This document shows positions 1-8,581 of a DNA stretch of 59,427 nt, piece after piece (positions within the stretch are counted from its first letter, which is position 1; each line of letters starts with the position of its first letter). The DNA comes from Promethearchaeota archaeon (GTDB taxonomy: Archaea > Asgardarchaeota > Lokiarchaeia > Sigyniarchaeales > SOKP01). The position numbers and the translations under genes were made by a program. The DNA lies in NCBI GenBank assembly GCA_011364975.1, contig RDOE01000011.1, forward strand, positions 1 through 59,427, given 5' to 3'. A model generated the notes under the pieces. The model saw only the letters and a list, made by a program, of their open reading frames with translations, was not told where the DNA came from and searched no databases.

Positions 1-89
1 AATTCTTTATAACCTATATTATTAGATAAAAAGTATTATGGTTCTGAGCTAATTAATTTTTAAAATCCCAAATTGGTTTACTTTAGAAT

Positions 90-1361
90 TTAATTAGTAA
101 TTTCTTCTTTTCGATAATCCACACGTGGGAGTTGTGTTATGTCATAAGGAAGGGGCGCATCATCTGGTATGGGATCAATATAAAAATAGCGAAAATTCGC
201 ATTCTGCATCCTACAGGAGGTAACACGATGTTTATAAGCAGGATGATGGATCATTATTTTCCAAATTTTTTTCAAAGGCATATCTCGAATATTCCCAAAA
301 GATAAAGGGGTAAAATCACAGGGAGATACTTCCCCATATGCTGAAATGTAATATTGAATATATGCTGCTAAGCATCCAACACCTGCAAGATAAGATTCAA
401 TAGAATTTTGCCAAGATTGTGAAGAGAGTGGAGGAATAATTTGGTTTTTATTAATATAAGAAGAATATTCACGAATTTCTTCACGTTGGTCCATTGTTAG
501 AAGTTCACTCGTATCTTTCAAAATTTTTCCTGTTGGAACTCCATCAAATAACATTACATTATGTAATCCCAGTCTTTTTGCGAGTTCATGAATTTCTTTA
601 TACTTACCCTGTTTAGTAGAGGATTGAGTAGCATAAGATGAAAATCCAACAAATATTCCTTTCTCTTTCGCCAGCTTTATTCCATTTATTGCTATTTCAA
701 AAAGACCTGCTACACCTCTTAACTTGTTGTGCTCGTCTGGAACTGGACTATCGATGCTTACGAAGAGTGAGTATAATCCCGCTTTAGATAATTTATCTAC
801 ATTATCTTGAGTAAGAAGTAGACCATTAGTGAAAAGTATCGGAACTGACTTTTTCTGATTAACATAAGAGATCAGATCAAAAATATCTTCGCGTAATAAA
901 GGTTCCCCACCTGTAAAAGCTATGATTGATACACCCAGCTTTTGACTTTCTTCAATCACTTTTTTTGCTTCTTCGGTACTTAATTCGGTAATACCTGCTT
1001 TTTTATGCTTTCCTGCACTACAATGAACACAATTACATTGACATTTATAAGTAACCGCAAATGTCATTGCAATAGGTCGCGCATGTCTCAGTATTCTTCC
1101 CCTAATCACATTCTTAATGGCTCGGAACATAGCTCGGCTGCCTACAGGAGGGGAAAATGTATTCGCTACTCTATTTCCATGCCATTGTCCCAAATTATAA
1201 TTTTTATAAAATTTAGTCTGGGCAATAAGCATAGTTATTAGGCGAAACCTATTTACGATTGGGTTCAAAAATCCAGTACCCACAATTTCTCCATTATCAA
1301 GCTTTTTATAACTCACCAATCGCTTCCCAAAAAGTTGCCAAATTATGCGTTCTCTTACCAT
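90..1361 (-). CDS. Radical SAM protein with C-terminal SPASM/twitch domain
   Basis: CQCNCVHC (CxxxCxxC), FTGGEPLLR, C-terminal GCLAA..YISAYGEVSPCDF..FGNI. Confidence 0.9.
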   Translation of the reverse strand: MVRERIIWQLFGKRLVSYKKLDNGEIVGTGFLNPIVNRFRLITMLIAQTKFYKNYNLGQWHGNRVANTFSPPVGSRAMFRAIKNVIRGRILRHARPIAMTFAVTYKCQCNCVHCSAGKHKKAGITELSTEEAKKVIEESQKLGVSIIAFTGGEPLLREDIFDLISYVNQKKSVPILFTNGLLLTQDNVDKLSKAGLYSLFVSIDSPVPDEHNKLRGVAGLFEIAINGIKLAKEKGIFVGFSSYATQSSTKQGKYKEIHELAKRLGLHNVMLFDGVPTGKILKDTSELLTMDQREEIREYSSYINKNQIIPPLSSQSWQNSIESYLAGVGCLAAYIQYYISAYGEVSPCDFTPLSFGNIRDMPLKKIWKIMIHHPAYKHRVTSCRMQNANFRYFYIDPIPDDAPLPYDITQLPRVDYRKEEITN

Positions 1362-1540
1362 TTTAAAACTTCAGTACTTTCTTTACTTTTATTATGTATA
1401 CTTTGTATAATTGATTTGATCTATTTCATCTTTCCGATAATTAATATATGGAAGTTTAATTCCTTTTTTTGTCCTTATTTTATAATTTTTATACCAAAAT
1501 CATAGCATAATGTTTTAATTCTATTATTCACTATTTCAAC

Positions 1541-1846
1541 GCGGACCATTTGGGGTGGTTCGAAGTCCCATGCTGGACGGACCGTAAAATCCTCATAGCG
1601 GAAATTGCCTGAATTCAGGTTTCATGAGTATTGGTATCCATTATTATGTCTCGTCGAAGCGTCACCCTGATCGGTGGGCGCTTGAGCAGTATATTCTGTA
1701 GGGAATATACAAGCCCGTAATTACAAACCCGGTCAGGCCCGGGAGGGAGCAACCGTAAGTAGAGGTGCTTACGCTTTCAGGTGCTTGGCGTGGAGAGGTG
1801 TAATATCATTGGTCATATCAGTAGGATTGAAATCGAGGTTCAGGTT
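1541..1846 (+). ncRNA. ffs: Archaeal signal recognition particle RNA (7S SRP RNA)
   Basis: GC-rich ~305 nt island with no ORF. Helix 8 motif CGGTCAGGCCC-GGGA-GGGAGCAACCG (1730-1755). Helix 6 GTATATTCT-GTAG-GGAATATAC with GNAR loop. 5' Alu-like domain with complementary GGTTCG/CGGACC. CCTGAATTC (1608) pairs with GAGGTTCAGG at the 3' end, followed by a T-tract. Confidence 0.92.
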
Positions 1847-1870
1847 TTTAAAAAAAAAAGTTTAATAAAC

Positions 1871-2314
1871 TCAATATTCTTTTGTTTTTACTTTTAGAAG
1901 ATATTCACAGTGAGAATTACTGTTTGTTAAAATGCACTTATTTATTTCAGCATCAAAAGAGTATTCTGGAAATAAATTAGTGAGGAAACTCTTAGTATAG
2001 GGAAAACAGATGCTATTGTGAATCGTTTCCGCCTGATTAGGATTTTTTTTTCCTCCTATAGGACAAAATTTATTAGAATGCTTGATTTTGACGGAAATTG
2101 TTGATGCGTCAATATAGTTTACTTTAGTCGTTGCACCTAAAGCGTTATATGCAGTTTTTAATGCTAAATCTAAATCCTTTATCCCTTTTCTTTTATAAAT
2201 TCCCGCTAATTTAGCCCCTAATTTAGTACTTACTGCTCTCGGTAGATTTTCTCCTCCAACTTCAATCATCTCATTAATATAAGCATGGAAGAATTTTAAT
2301 GTATCTTTAACCAT
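1871..2314 (-). CDS. V4R / methanogen-output-domain-like small-ligand-binding protein
   Basis: FCPIG...ICFPY...CILTNSNSHCEY cysteine pattern typical of V4R/MetOD1-type domains. Confidence 0.55.
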   Translation of the reverse strand: MVKDTLKFFHAYINEMIEVGGENLPRAVSTKLGAKLAGIYKRKGIKDLDLALKTAYNALGATTKVNYIDASTISVKIKHSNKFCPIGGKKNPNQAETIHNSICFPYTKSFLTNLFPEYSFDAEINKCILTNSNSHCEYLLKVKTKEY

Positions 2315-2470
2315 AAAATAAAACCAATCATAAGGTAGTGATAAATGTTAATTTTCAATTATATATTGATTATATTAACTTATTTATGACTATAAAGAAA
2401 TAGGAAACTAATATCTCTATATTATTTTAAAATCAAAGATTAAAATAAAAAAATAGATTGAATAAGGTTA

Positions 2471-3070
2471 TTAAGTATTTTTTATTGAGAATCGAAGAAG
2501 TTTATCCTTATCCTCTTCAGCGTATTCAATACCAATTCTTTTGTTAAAAATAATAGTGTTTTTATCTATTTGTTCTCCTTGAGTAAAAAAAAGAGTTGAA
2601 TCTGAAGAAATAGAATCCGTTCCATTAAATTCATCCTTTGTGATATTAAGTCCCATACATAATTTACTTGGTCCATCTATAAGATTTTTATAATTCTTTC
2701 CAATTTTAACGTTTCTTAACTCTTTCATTACTTCTATGCCAAATATTGGATAAAGTTTTCGAATAAACACCGCACAAGGTATACCTTCCGGCTCTGTAAT
2801 TACATTAAGACAATAATACTTACCATAGATATAATAAACATAAATTGTACCTGGTTGCATGTACATAATTTTTGTTTTCTCGGTCTTTTTATTGTTATAA
2901 CAATGGCTTGCTTTATCTATTGTGCCTAAATATGCTTCGACTTCGATTATTTTTCCAATAATTACATCATTATTTATAAGTCTTACAATATATTTTCCTA
3001 ATAACTCTTTAGCAACTGTGATTGTATTTCTGTTAAAAAAGGCCCTAGTCAATCTTTTTGGAATATCCAT
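2471..3070 (-). CDS. mpg: DNA-3-methyladenine glycosylase (MPG/AAG family)
   Basis: VAKELLGK..GKIIEVEAYLG..DKASH..PGTIYVYYIYG..CLNVIT..GPSKLC..RIGI. Confidence 0.95.
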   Translation of the reverse strand: MDIPKRLTRAFFNRNTITVAKELLGKYIVRLINNDVIIGKIIEVEAYLGTIDKASHCYNNKKTEKTKIMYMQPGTIYVYYIYGKYYCLNVITEPEGIPCAVFIRKLYPIFGIEVMKELRNVKIGKNYKNLIDGPSKLCMGLNITKDEFNGTDSISSDSTLFFTQGEQIDKNTIIFNKRIGIEYAEEDKDKLLRFSIKNT

Positions 3071-3176
3071 AATTTAAGGTTTTTAAGAATTTATTAAATT
3101 AATTAGTGTCCTTATATTATATTTAATATTCACTTTTGAGGAATATTAGGAGAAATTTGAAACTTATGGGATAATA

Positions 3177-4265
3177 TTGAAAGCACCTGAGAGAATTTTA
3201 AAATCAATCAATCATGAGGAGCCAGATAAGGTTCCTGTTTTCGAAACTGCTTTTACTAATAATACAATTATGAAGTATTATGGAGTAAATGTATCAACAG
3301 GGAGAGGGTATAAAATATATTATGAATTCTTAAGAAATGTTGGAATAGATTTAGTCTTGAGTTTAGTGTCATTATTTCCCCGTAAATTTCTAAAGCGAGG
3401 GGAGGGTTTCATTGATGAATATGGAAGAGTTATGAAATTCGAGAAGTATAAAGATGGTACTCAATTAACAACTTATGTTGGAGGACACTTTAAAACATTT
3501 GAAGAATATGAAAGTTGGGAACAACCAGATCCGAACTTAAACACAAGGTTAGAGCAATTTTTTGATGGAAGGAAGATTCAAAATGAGTTAAATGACGAAG
3601 TCTTTTCGATTCCCGCAACGGGTTCTCTAATGGAATGTACATGGGAAAGTTTTGGCTTAGAAACTTTTTCAAGATTATTGGCTAAGAAGCAACAAATAAA
3701 GAAGATCTTTGATGATCGGGGGAAATTTACTCTTGAAATGGTTAAAATTTTAGCTGAAAATGATGCTAAGATAGTCTTATTATGGGATGATTATGGATTT
3801 AAAAACGGATTGTTCATGAGACCAAGTCTTTACCGAGAATATATCTTTCCATGGCTTAAAAGAATTTGTGAAGCAGCACATAAACACGATTGTAAAATAA
3901 TGCTTCACTCAGATGGAGACTTGATGGAGATTTTCGAGGATATTGTTAAGGCAGGGGTAGATGTTATTAATCCAGTGGAATCAACAACAGCAAATCCAGA
4001 ATATGATATATTCAAATTAAATGAAAAATATGGAGATAAGATAACCTTTTCTGGAAATTTAAGCCCAATCTTACTTGCGATTGGTGAAATTCATGAGATT
4101 GAGGAGTATGCCAAACGATTAATTCGAGAATTAGCCCCTGGAGGGGGTTATATATTCGGGTCAGGCCATAGTATTAATCCGGCTGTCACTATCGACAGAT
4201 TTGAAGCAATGCAAAACATTCGTAGAAAATATGGAAATTATCCAATTAAAATCCCTAATAATTAA
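3177..4265 (+). CDS. Uroporphyrinogen decarboxylase / MtaA-CmuA methyltransferase superfamily protein
   Basis: ER..INHEEPDKVP, DEYGR, WDDYG, LHSDG, GGGYIFGSGHSI. Confidence 0.85.
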   Translation: MKAPERILKSINHEEPDKVPVFETAFTNNTIMKYYGVNVSTGRGYKIYYEFLRNVGIDLVLSLVSLFPRKFLKRGEGFIDEYGRVMKFEKYKDGTQLTTYVGGHFKTFEEYESWEQPDPNLNTRLEQFFDGRKIQNELNDEVFSIPATGSLMECTWESFGLETFSRLLAKKQQIKKIFDDRGKFTLEMVKILAENDAKIVLLWDDYGFKNGLFMRPSLYREYIFPWLKRICEAAHKHDCKIMLHSDGDLMEIFEDIVKAGVDVINPVESTTANPEYDIFKLNEKYGDKITFSGNLSPILLAIGEIHEIEEYAKRLIRELAPGGGYIFGSGHSINPAVTIDRFEAMQNIRRKYGNYPIKIPNN

Positions 4266-4268
4266 AAT

Positions 4269-4360
4269 AAAAATTTGAGGGGATGTACCCTCATTCTAAG
4301 GGAGGGGTCCGTTTAGATAAATGGCTTTTAAATTTAGCACACCTAAACTTAAAATCCTCC
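4269..4360 (-). ncRNA. Unassigned structured small RNA candidate (three-way junction plus terminal hairpin)
   Basis: GGAGG(4301-05)/CCTCC(4356-60) closing stem, 12-bp hairpin 4326-4354, 6-bp hairpin 4309-4324, hairpin TGAGGG/CCCTCA 4276-4293, then a minus-strand T-tract. TTTATAAA at 4383-4390 is about 25 nt upstream on the minus strand. Confidence 0.5.
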
Positions 4361-4468
4361 AAATGATATTTTTATTTGTGTCTTTATAAAGATTTATACA
4401 GTAATATTGTATATGATTTGGAATAAGCTCTTTGTATAAAACTACACTTTAAAATCATTTCAAATTGA

Positions 4469-5296
4469 TTAGAATTTTCGATTTAACTCGTCCTTTAGAA
4501 AAGATGATAAATTTTTATTTGATGCTATAAAGGGAAACTTTAAATCGATGGATAATGGTTCATTTATTTCATTTCCTTCTAACGAGAAGATACACCCTCC
4601 TGCCTCTTTTAATATCAATAATCCCGCAGCTACATCGACTAAGCGATTGGATTCTCTTAAATTAATAAATGCTTCCATACTTCCCTTGGCTATTTGACAT
4701 AATGTTAGGGCAGTGCTGCCTAATACCCTTATGCGATGGAATCGCCTAATTATTGACCCCAATCTCTCGATTTGAGCAAAAGCATCTTTTTTTGAAAAAT
4801 TCAGCTCAATAAAACAATTATCATAAATATCTAAATTAGAAACGTGAACCTTTTTATCATTGAAAAAAGATCCGTCTCCTTTTACTGCCCAATAAAGATC
4901 TTTTGTGCTTAAATCAACTACCACGGCCTTTACTATACTTTTTACATACTTTCCCATAGCATAAGCCATAGAGAATGAACAATAAGGAATGCCTCTTACT
5001 GCATTATTTGATCCATCAACAGGATCAACAATTAAGATATTCTTGTTTTCAATAGCTTTATCTTTACTTCCAATATATTTTTCTCCAATCTCTTCGCTAA
5101 TTAATAAGGTATCTATTTCATTTTGCTCAAGGATATCTATTAAAGTCTTCTCAGCAACTAAATCGATCTGCATTGATAAATCTCCTCCTGCCCCTTTATG
5201 AGATTTATTTGCTCCTTCTTTCTTTCCTATTAAGGGGTGGATAATATCATATATACAAAGAGCTGTATCTTTTAAAAAATCAATCGTTAATTCCAT
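4469..5296 (-). CDS. suhB: Inositol monophosphatase / fructose-1,6-bisphosphatase (IMPase family)
   Basis: GAGGD..IDLVAE, LISEE, IVDPVDGSNNA, RVLGSTAL, DVAAGLLILKEAGG. Confidence 0.9.
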   Translation of the reverse strand: MELTIDFLKDTALCIYDIIHPLIGKKEGANKSHKGAGGDLSMQIDLVAEKTLIDILEQNEIDTLLISEEIGEKYIGSKDKAIENKNILIVDPVDGSNNAVRGIPYCSFSMAYAMGKYVKSIVKAVVVDLSTKDLYWAVKGDGSFFNDKKVHVSNLDIYDNCFIELNFSKKDAFAQIERLGSIIRRFHRIRVLGSTALTLCQIAKGSMEAFINLRESNRLVDVAAGLLILKEAGGCIFSLEGNEINEPLSIDLKFPFIASNKNLSSFLKDELNRKF

Positions 5297-5302
5297 AATT
5301 CA

Positions 5303-5593
5303 TCAAGGAAGGATAAAAGATGGCTTCTTATTACCTTTGAACTTAGTCATCTTTAAAATGAGATCTATTTCCGAGATTAACCAACAGAGTACATCATAAG
5401 AAGGTTCCGAAAGGTAAACTTTTCTTGCATGGTCCCTTATAGAAATATCATCTGGCTTTTGAAAATTATTCTGGAGATATAATTGCCTTTCAGCTAACAT
5501 CCAGCATAAATCATCATAAGGTAACTCTTTTTGGGCAAGAAAATAAGCTGCCACGCTTATATTATGCTTGGTATCATCATTATAATTAAACAA
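5303..5593 (-). CDS. Conserved hypothetical protein with internal duplication (YD.LCW.L[AI][ES]E twice; DUF2934-like)
   Basis: AAYFLAQKELPYDDLCWMLAERQL ... SYDVLCWLISEIDL. Confidence 0.6.
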   Translation of the reverse strand: MFNYNDDTKHNISVAAYFLAQKELPYDDLCWMLAERQLYLQNNFQKPDDISIRDHARKVYLSEPSYDVLCWLISEIDLILKMTKFKGNKKPSFILP

Positions 5594-5654
5594 TATTCTT
5601 CAAAAGGATAAGGGAATATTCCATTAAAAATATTATGACGTTTTTTATAATATT

Positions 5655-6392
5655 TTATTGAATTATTTGATTTCTTTCAATAATCCATTTATCAACAATA
5701 AAACTTTGTTTTTCTGTTTTGTTATTGATATCATAAGAAGAATGGATTGTACTTTTTGGAATCCAAAACTCATCACCATTATCCATTGTTATAAGAAGAG
5801 CTTTCGGGCTCTCAACTTTTATTATAGCTTGAAGCTCCAAAGTATCCCTAGAGACACCATATTCTGTAGTTTCTACGACTGTAAGCCCATCTCGTGAGGT
5901 AATATGTTCTGTAAAAAGCCCATATTCCCTTTCTTCATCAATTTCTGTTCCTTTCTTGACTTCAAAGGTACCACTTGTTGCAAATTCAATTTTCTCAGCA
6001 AGGATATGCTCTAAGAGCAGATTTAACAAGTTAGTATTGGGAAATCGCAATTTTTTCGTATAATTTCCAAGTTTTATTCTTAAAACTTGTCTAGTTTCAT
6101 CCTCCCAACCTACATAGATCTCTGTTTTACGATCCTTAAATACATGATACCCTCGCCAGTTTGCACTCTTTCTATTTAGCACATCTAAGATACAGATAAT
6201 TTCCTCAACAGATAATTTTACAGTTTTGCCCTCTCCTTCAAAAGTTTTTTCCCAAGAACCATCTTCTTTACGATGAAGACAGCTTAAAAAAATATAGGGT
6301 ACTGTTTTTGAGGGACTACTAATTACAACGCTGGTTTTGTTCCCATAGAAAGTTTTTGTATGAAAATCTGTCATGACAGTTCGAAATTTCAA
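5655..6392 (-). CDS. Hypothetical protein, possible PC4/Whirly-like ssDNA-binding N-domain plus small beta-barrel C-domain
   Basis: Long ORF. DGSWEK..GKTVKLSVEEI resembles the PC4/Whirly pattern. C-terminal ESPKALLI..GDEFWIPKSTI..VDKWI module. Confidence 0.5.
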   Translation of the reverse strand: MKFRTVMTDFHTKTFYGNKTSVVISSPSKTVPYIFLSCLHRKEDGSWEKTFEGEGKTVKLSVEEIICILDVLNRKSANWRGYHVFKDRKTEIYVGWEDETRQVLRIKLGNYTKKLRFPNTNLLNLLLEHILAEKIEFATSGTFEVKKGTEIDEEREYGLFTEHITSRDGLTVVETTEYGVSRDTLELQAIIKVESPKALLITMDNGDEFWIPKSTIHSSYDINNKTEKQSFIVDKWIIERNQIIQ

Positions 6393-6549
6393 TTATTATT
6401 CTATCATATATAAGATGATTATAGAATTAAAATGCATATAAATAAAAATGAAATTGCAAATTGCTAAATTTTTCAACCCAAATGTTCCATTTACCTTATT
6501 TAAGACGCTCATGATTTTAAATAAAAAGTATATAAAAAAATGTAATTTG

Positions 6550-6939
6550 CTAACCAATTGTTTTTAAGAAGTTGGAAAATATTTCTTGAGATGCTTCAGG
6601 CATATCTTCAATAACCTTTTTCACTTTTTCTATGAATTCTTCTTTTGATTTAGCATCCTTTAAGATATAATTATCAATATCTCTAAATTTGTTGGTTATT
6701 TTTTCATAGGCATGAGTAATTGAATCAAGGTTTTTACTTATTGATAATTTCCATTCTTGATCTACGGAAATTTTCTCCTTGTCTTTATCTTTATCTTTTT
6801 TTTCCTTTTCTTTTTCTTTGTCCTTCTCCTTGTCTTTATCTTTATCTTTTTTTTCTTTATCTTTTTCTTTATCCTTCTCCTTGTCTTTATCTTTATCCTT
6901 GTCTTTTTTATCCTTCTCCTTTTCCTTTTCTTTTCCCAT
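6550..6939 (-). CDS. Hypothetical protein with N-terminal alternating K/(D,E) low-complexity tract and helical C-terminus
   Basis: ATG start, about 55 residues of KE/KD repeats, then normal helical sequence. Confidence 0.7.
   Translation of the reverse strand: MGKEKEKEKDKKDKDKDKDKEKDKEKDKEKKDKDKDKEKDKEKEKEKKDKDKDKEKISVDQEWKLSISKNLDSITHAYEKITNKFRDIDNYILKDAKSKEEFIEKVKKVIEDMPEASQEIFSNFLKTIG
6773..6935. repeat. Coding tandem repeat, 51-bp period (17 aa), about 3 copies
   Basis: TTCTCCTTGTCTTTATCTTTATC at 6773, 6824 and 6875. Confidence 0.85.
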
Positions 6940-7176
6940 AAAATCTCAACTCTTTAATGTATTATTTTAGTGCAAATAATAAATTCCAGATATTTAAAAT
7001 TATGTTGATAATTGTATGAATAATTTAAAATTTAAAAATTCCAAATTTAAGAGATAGATTATTCCATATGAGATTTATATTATAAATGAAGTACTTGAAA
7101 TTTCTTTTTGATTCATTCCGTCAGTTAATTTTAATAATTTACATACTCTATAAGATTCAAATTTGAGAGAATAATT

Positions 7177-8091
7177 ATGAAAAAAATCACAGATCACCTA
7201 TATGTTGTTAAGGAATATAATCCAAATTCTCAAGATTGTTGTGTTTATTTAGTCGATTCACAAAGTGATGAGGGTTTAATTCTAATAGATGCTGGAATTA
7301 ATCAAGAACCATTTCAAGAAATCAAAAAATTTGGTTTTGATTTAGGAAATTTAAAGCATTGTCTTATTACTCATGGACATCTTGATCATTTTGGAGCCTG
7401 TCCCATGTTAAAGGAGTTTAATAAAAATATAAAGTTCTACGCTCATGAATTAGATGCTGCACAAATCGAACAAAAGCCGACAGGTCAGTATGTAGAACAA
7501 TTTTTTGGAGATTATAACTATGAACCAATCAAATTAGACCATAAAATCAAGGATAATGAAATTTTAAAATTTGGAGATTTAGAATTTAGGTGTATTCATA
7601 TACCTGGACATACTAAAGGGTCGGTAGCATATCATTTAGAAATTGATGAGAAAAAAATACTTTTTGGGGGAGACCTTCCTGGAATTGCCATAAATATTAA
7701 CGACGGTAATTTGGATGATTATATAATTTCAATGGAAAAATTGCTTAAATACGATATTGATATTTCATGTGAGGGGCATGAAGACATTATTGAACCCTCT
7801 GATAAAGTTAGAAAATTTATTAAAAACTATATAAGATTCAATCAAGGACTTAATACCGTAGTTTTGGAAAACCCTTATGATACAAAAACTCTTTTAGAAC
7901 TTGCAAAAAATTGTTATGAGTTGCAGTTTTACCCTACCGCATTAGATTTTTGCAATTATTTGCTCGAAATTGATCCTAATCATTCTGAAGGCCAAGAATT
8001 ACTTCGGGAAATTGAAAAACATAACCCTGAAAAGCAGGAATTCATTAAGAGACTGATTAAAGAGAATTTTAAGGGAGAACTGAGAATATAA
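7177..8091 (+). CDS. MBL-fold metallo-hydrolase with C-terminal TPR-like helices
   Basis: THGHLDHFG, PGHTKGS, FGGD, EGH; C-terminal LAKNCYELQFYPTALDFCNYLLEIDPNH. Confidence 0.9.
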   Translation: MKKITDHLYVVKEYNPNSQDCCVYLVDSQSDEGLILIDAGINQEPFQEIKKFGFDLGNLKHCLITHGHLDHFGACPMLKEFNKNIKFYAHELDAAQIEQKPTGQYVEQFFGDYNYEPIKLDHKIKDNEILKFGDLEFRCIHIPGHTKGSVAYHLEIDEKKILFGGDLPGIAININDGNLDDYIISMEKLLKYDIDISCEGHEDIIEPSDKVRKFIKNYIRFNQGLNTVVLENPYDTKTLLELAKNCYELQFYPTALDFCNYLLEIDPNHSEGQELLREIEKHNPEKQEFIKRLIKENFKGELRI

Positions 8092-8356
8092 GTATACAGG
8101 TAAAGATTTTGAGAAAACATTCACAGCAGCTGCATACACCATAAGAGATGATCAGATCGTTGTCAAAGATGGAGAGGTTATAGCTGCACCTATGGGTACA
8201 TTGCTCTGTTCTGAGGGTAAAATAAAGGAGAGCATAATGGAAGCGATGTTGGAGGATGTAAAAGCCAGTTGGCAAGATCATTATAGTATTAAATTCAACA
8301 ACTATGCTGTATAAGATGTGTACGCTCCAAAAGTAAAAGTAGTAAATGGAGTGTAA
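8084..8356 (+). pseudogene. fwdA: 3' remnant of formylmethanofuran dehydrogenase subunit A
   Basis: Frame 8084 reads KDFEKTFTAAAYTIRDDQIVVKDGEVIAAPMGTLL...MLEDVKASWQDHYSIKFNNYAV*DVYAPKVKVVNGV*, resembling the FwdA/FmdA C-terminus (AAYTIKDGEIVVKDGE...YSV...NY.V). No 5' part; internal TAA at 8312-8314. Confidence 0.75.
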
Positions 8357-8581
8357 AATACTTTTTAAATAATTTATTGATTTTTTTATTTAATTTCTAT
8401 TTCTTTCTTTTATCCTTAAGATTCCAATAGTTTTTAGGAAAATGTTCGAATAATTTTCAACGTGTATGCTAACCATAGGTGTTCACTGAGATCCATTCAT
8501 GATAATAAATAAATTTGGTTATTATTACTAAAAATCGGGATTATAATTTCATTTTAAGAAGTTCTTATTTTGAAATATTAA

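Noticed and set aside
6773-6935. Regularly spaced repeats as a possible CRISPR array
   Set aside because: Intervening sequences are the same low-complexity unit and in frame within a CDS; no cas genes
6720-6970. Three + strand ORFs rich in F/L/S
   Set aside because: Antisense shadows of the K/D/E repeat; low complexity explains the lack of stops
8069-8281. 70-aa minus-strand ORF
   Set aside because: Antisense to the fwdA relic, which explains the sequence better
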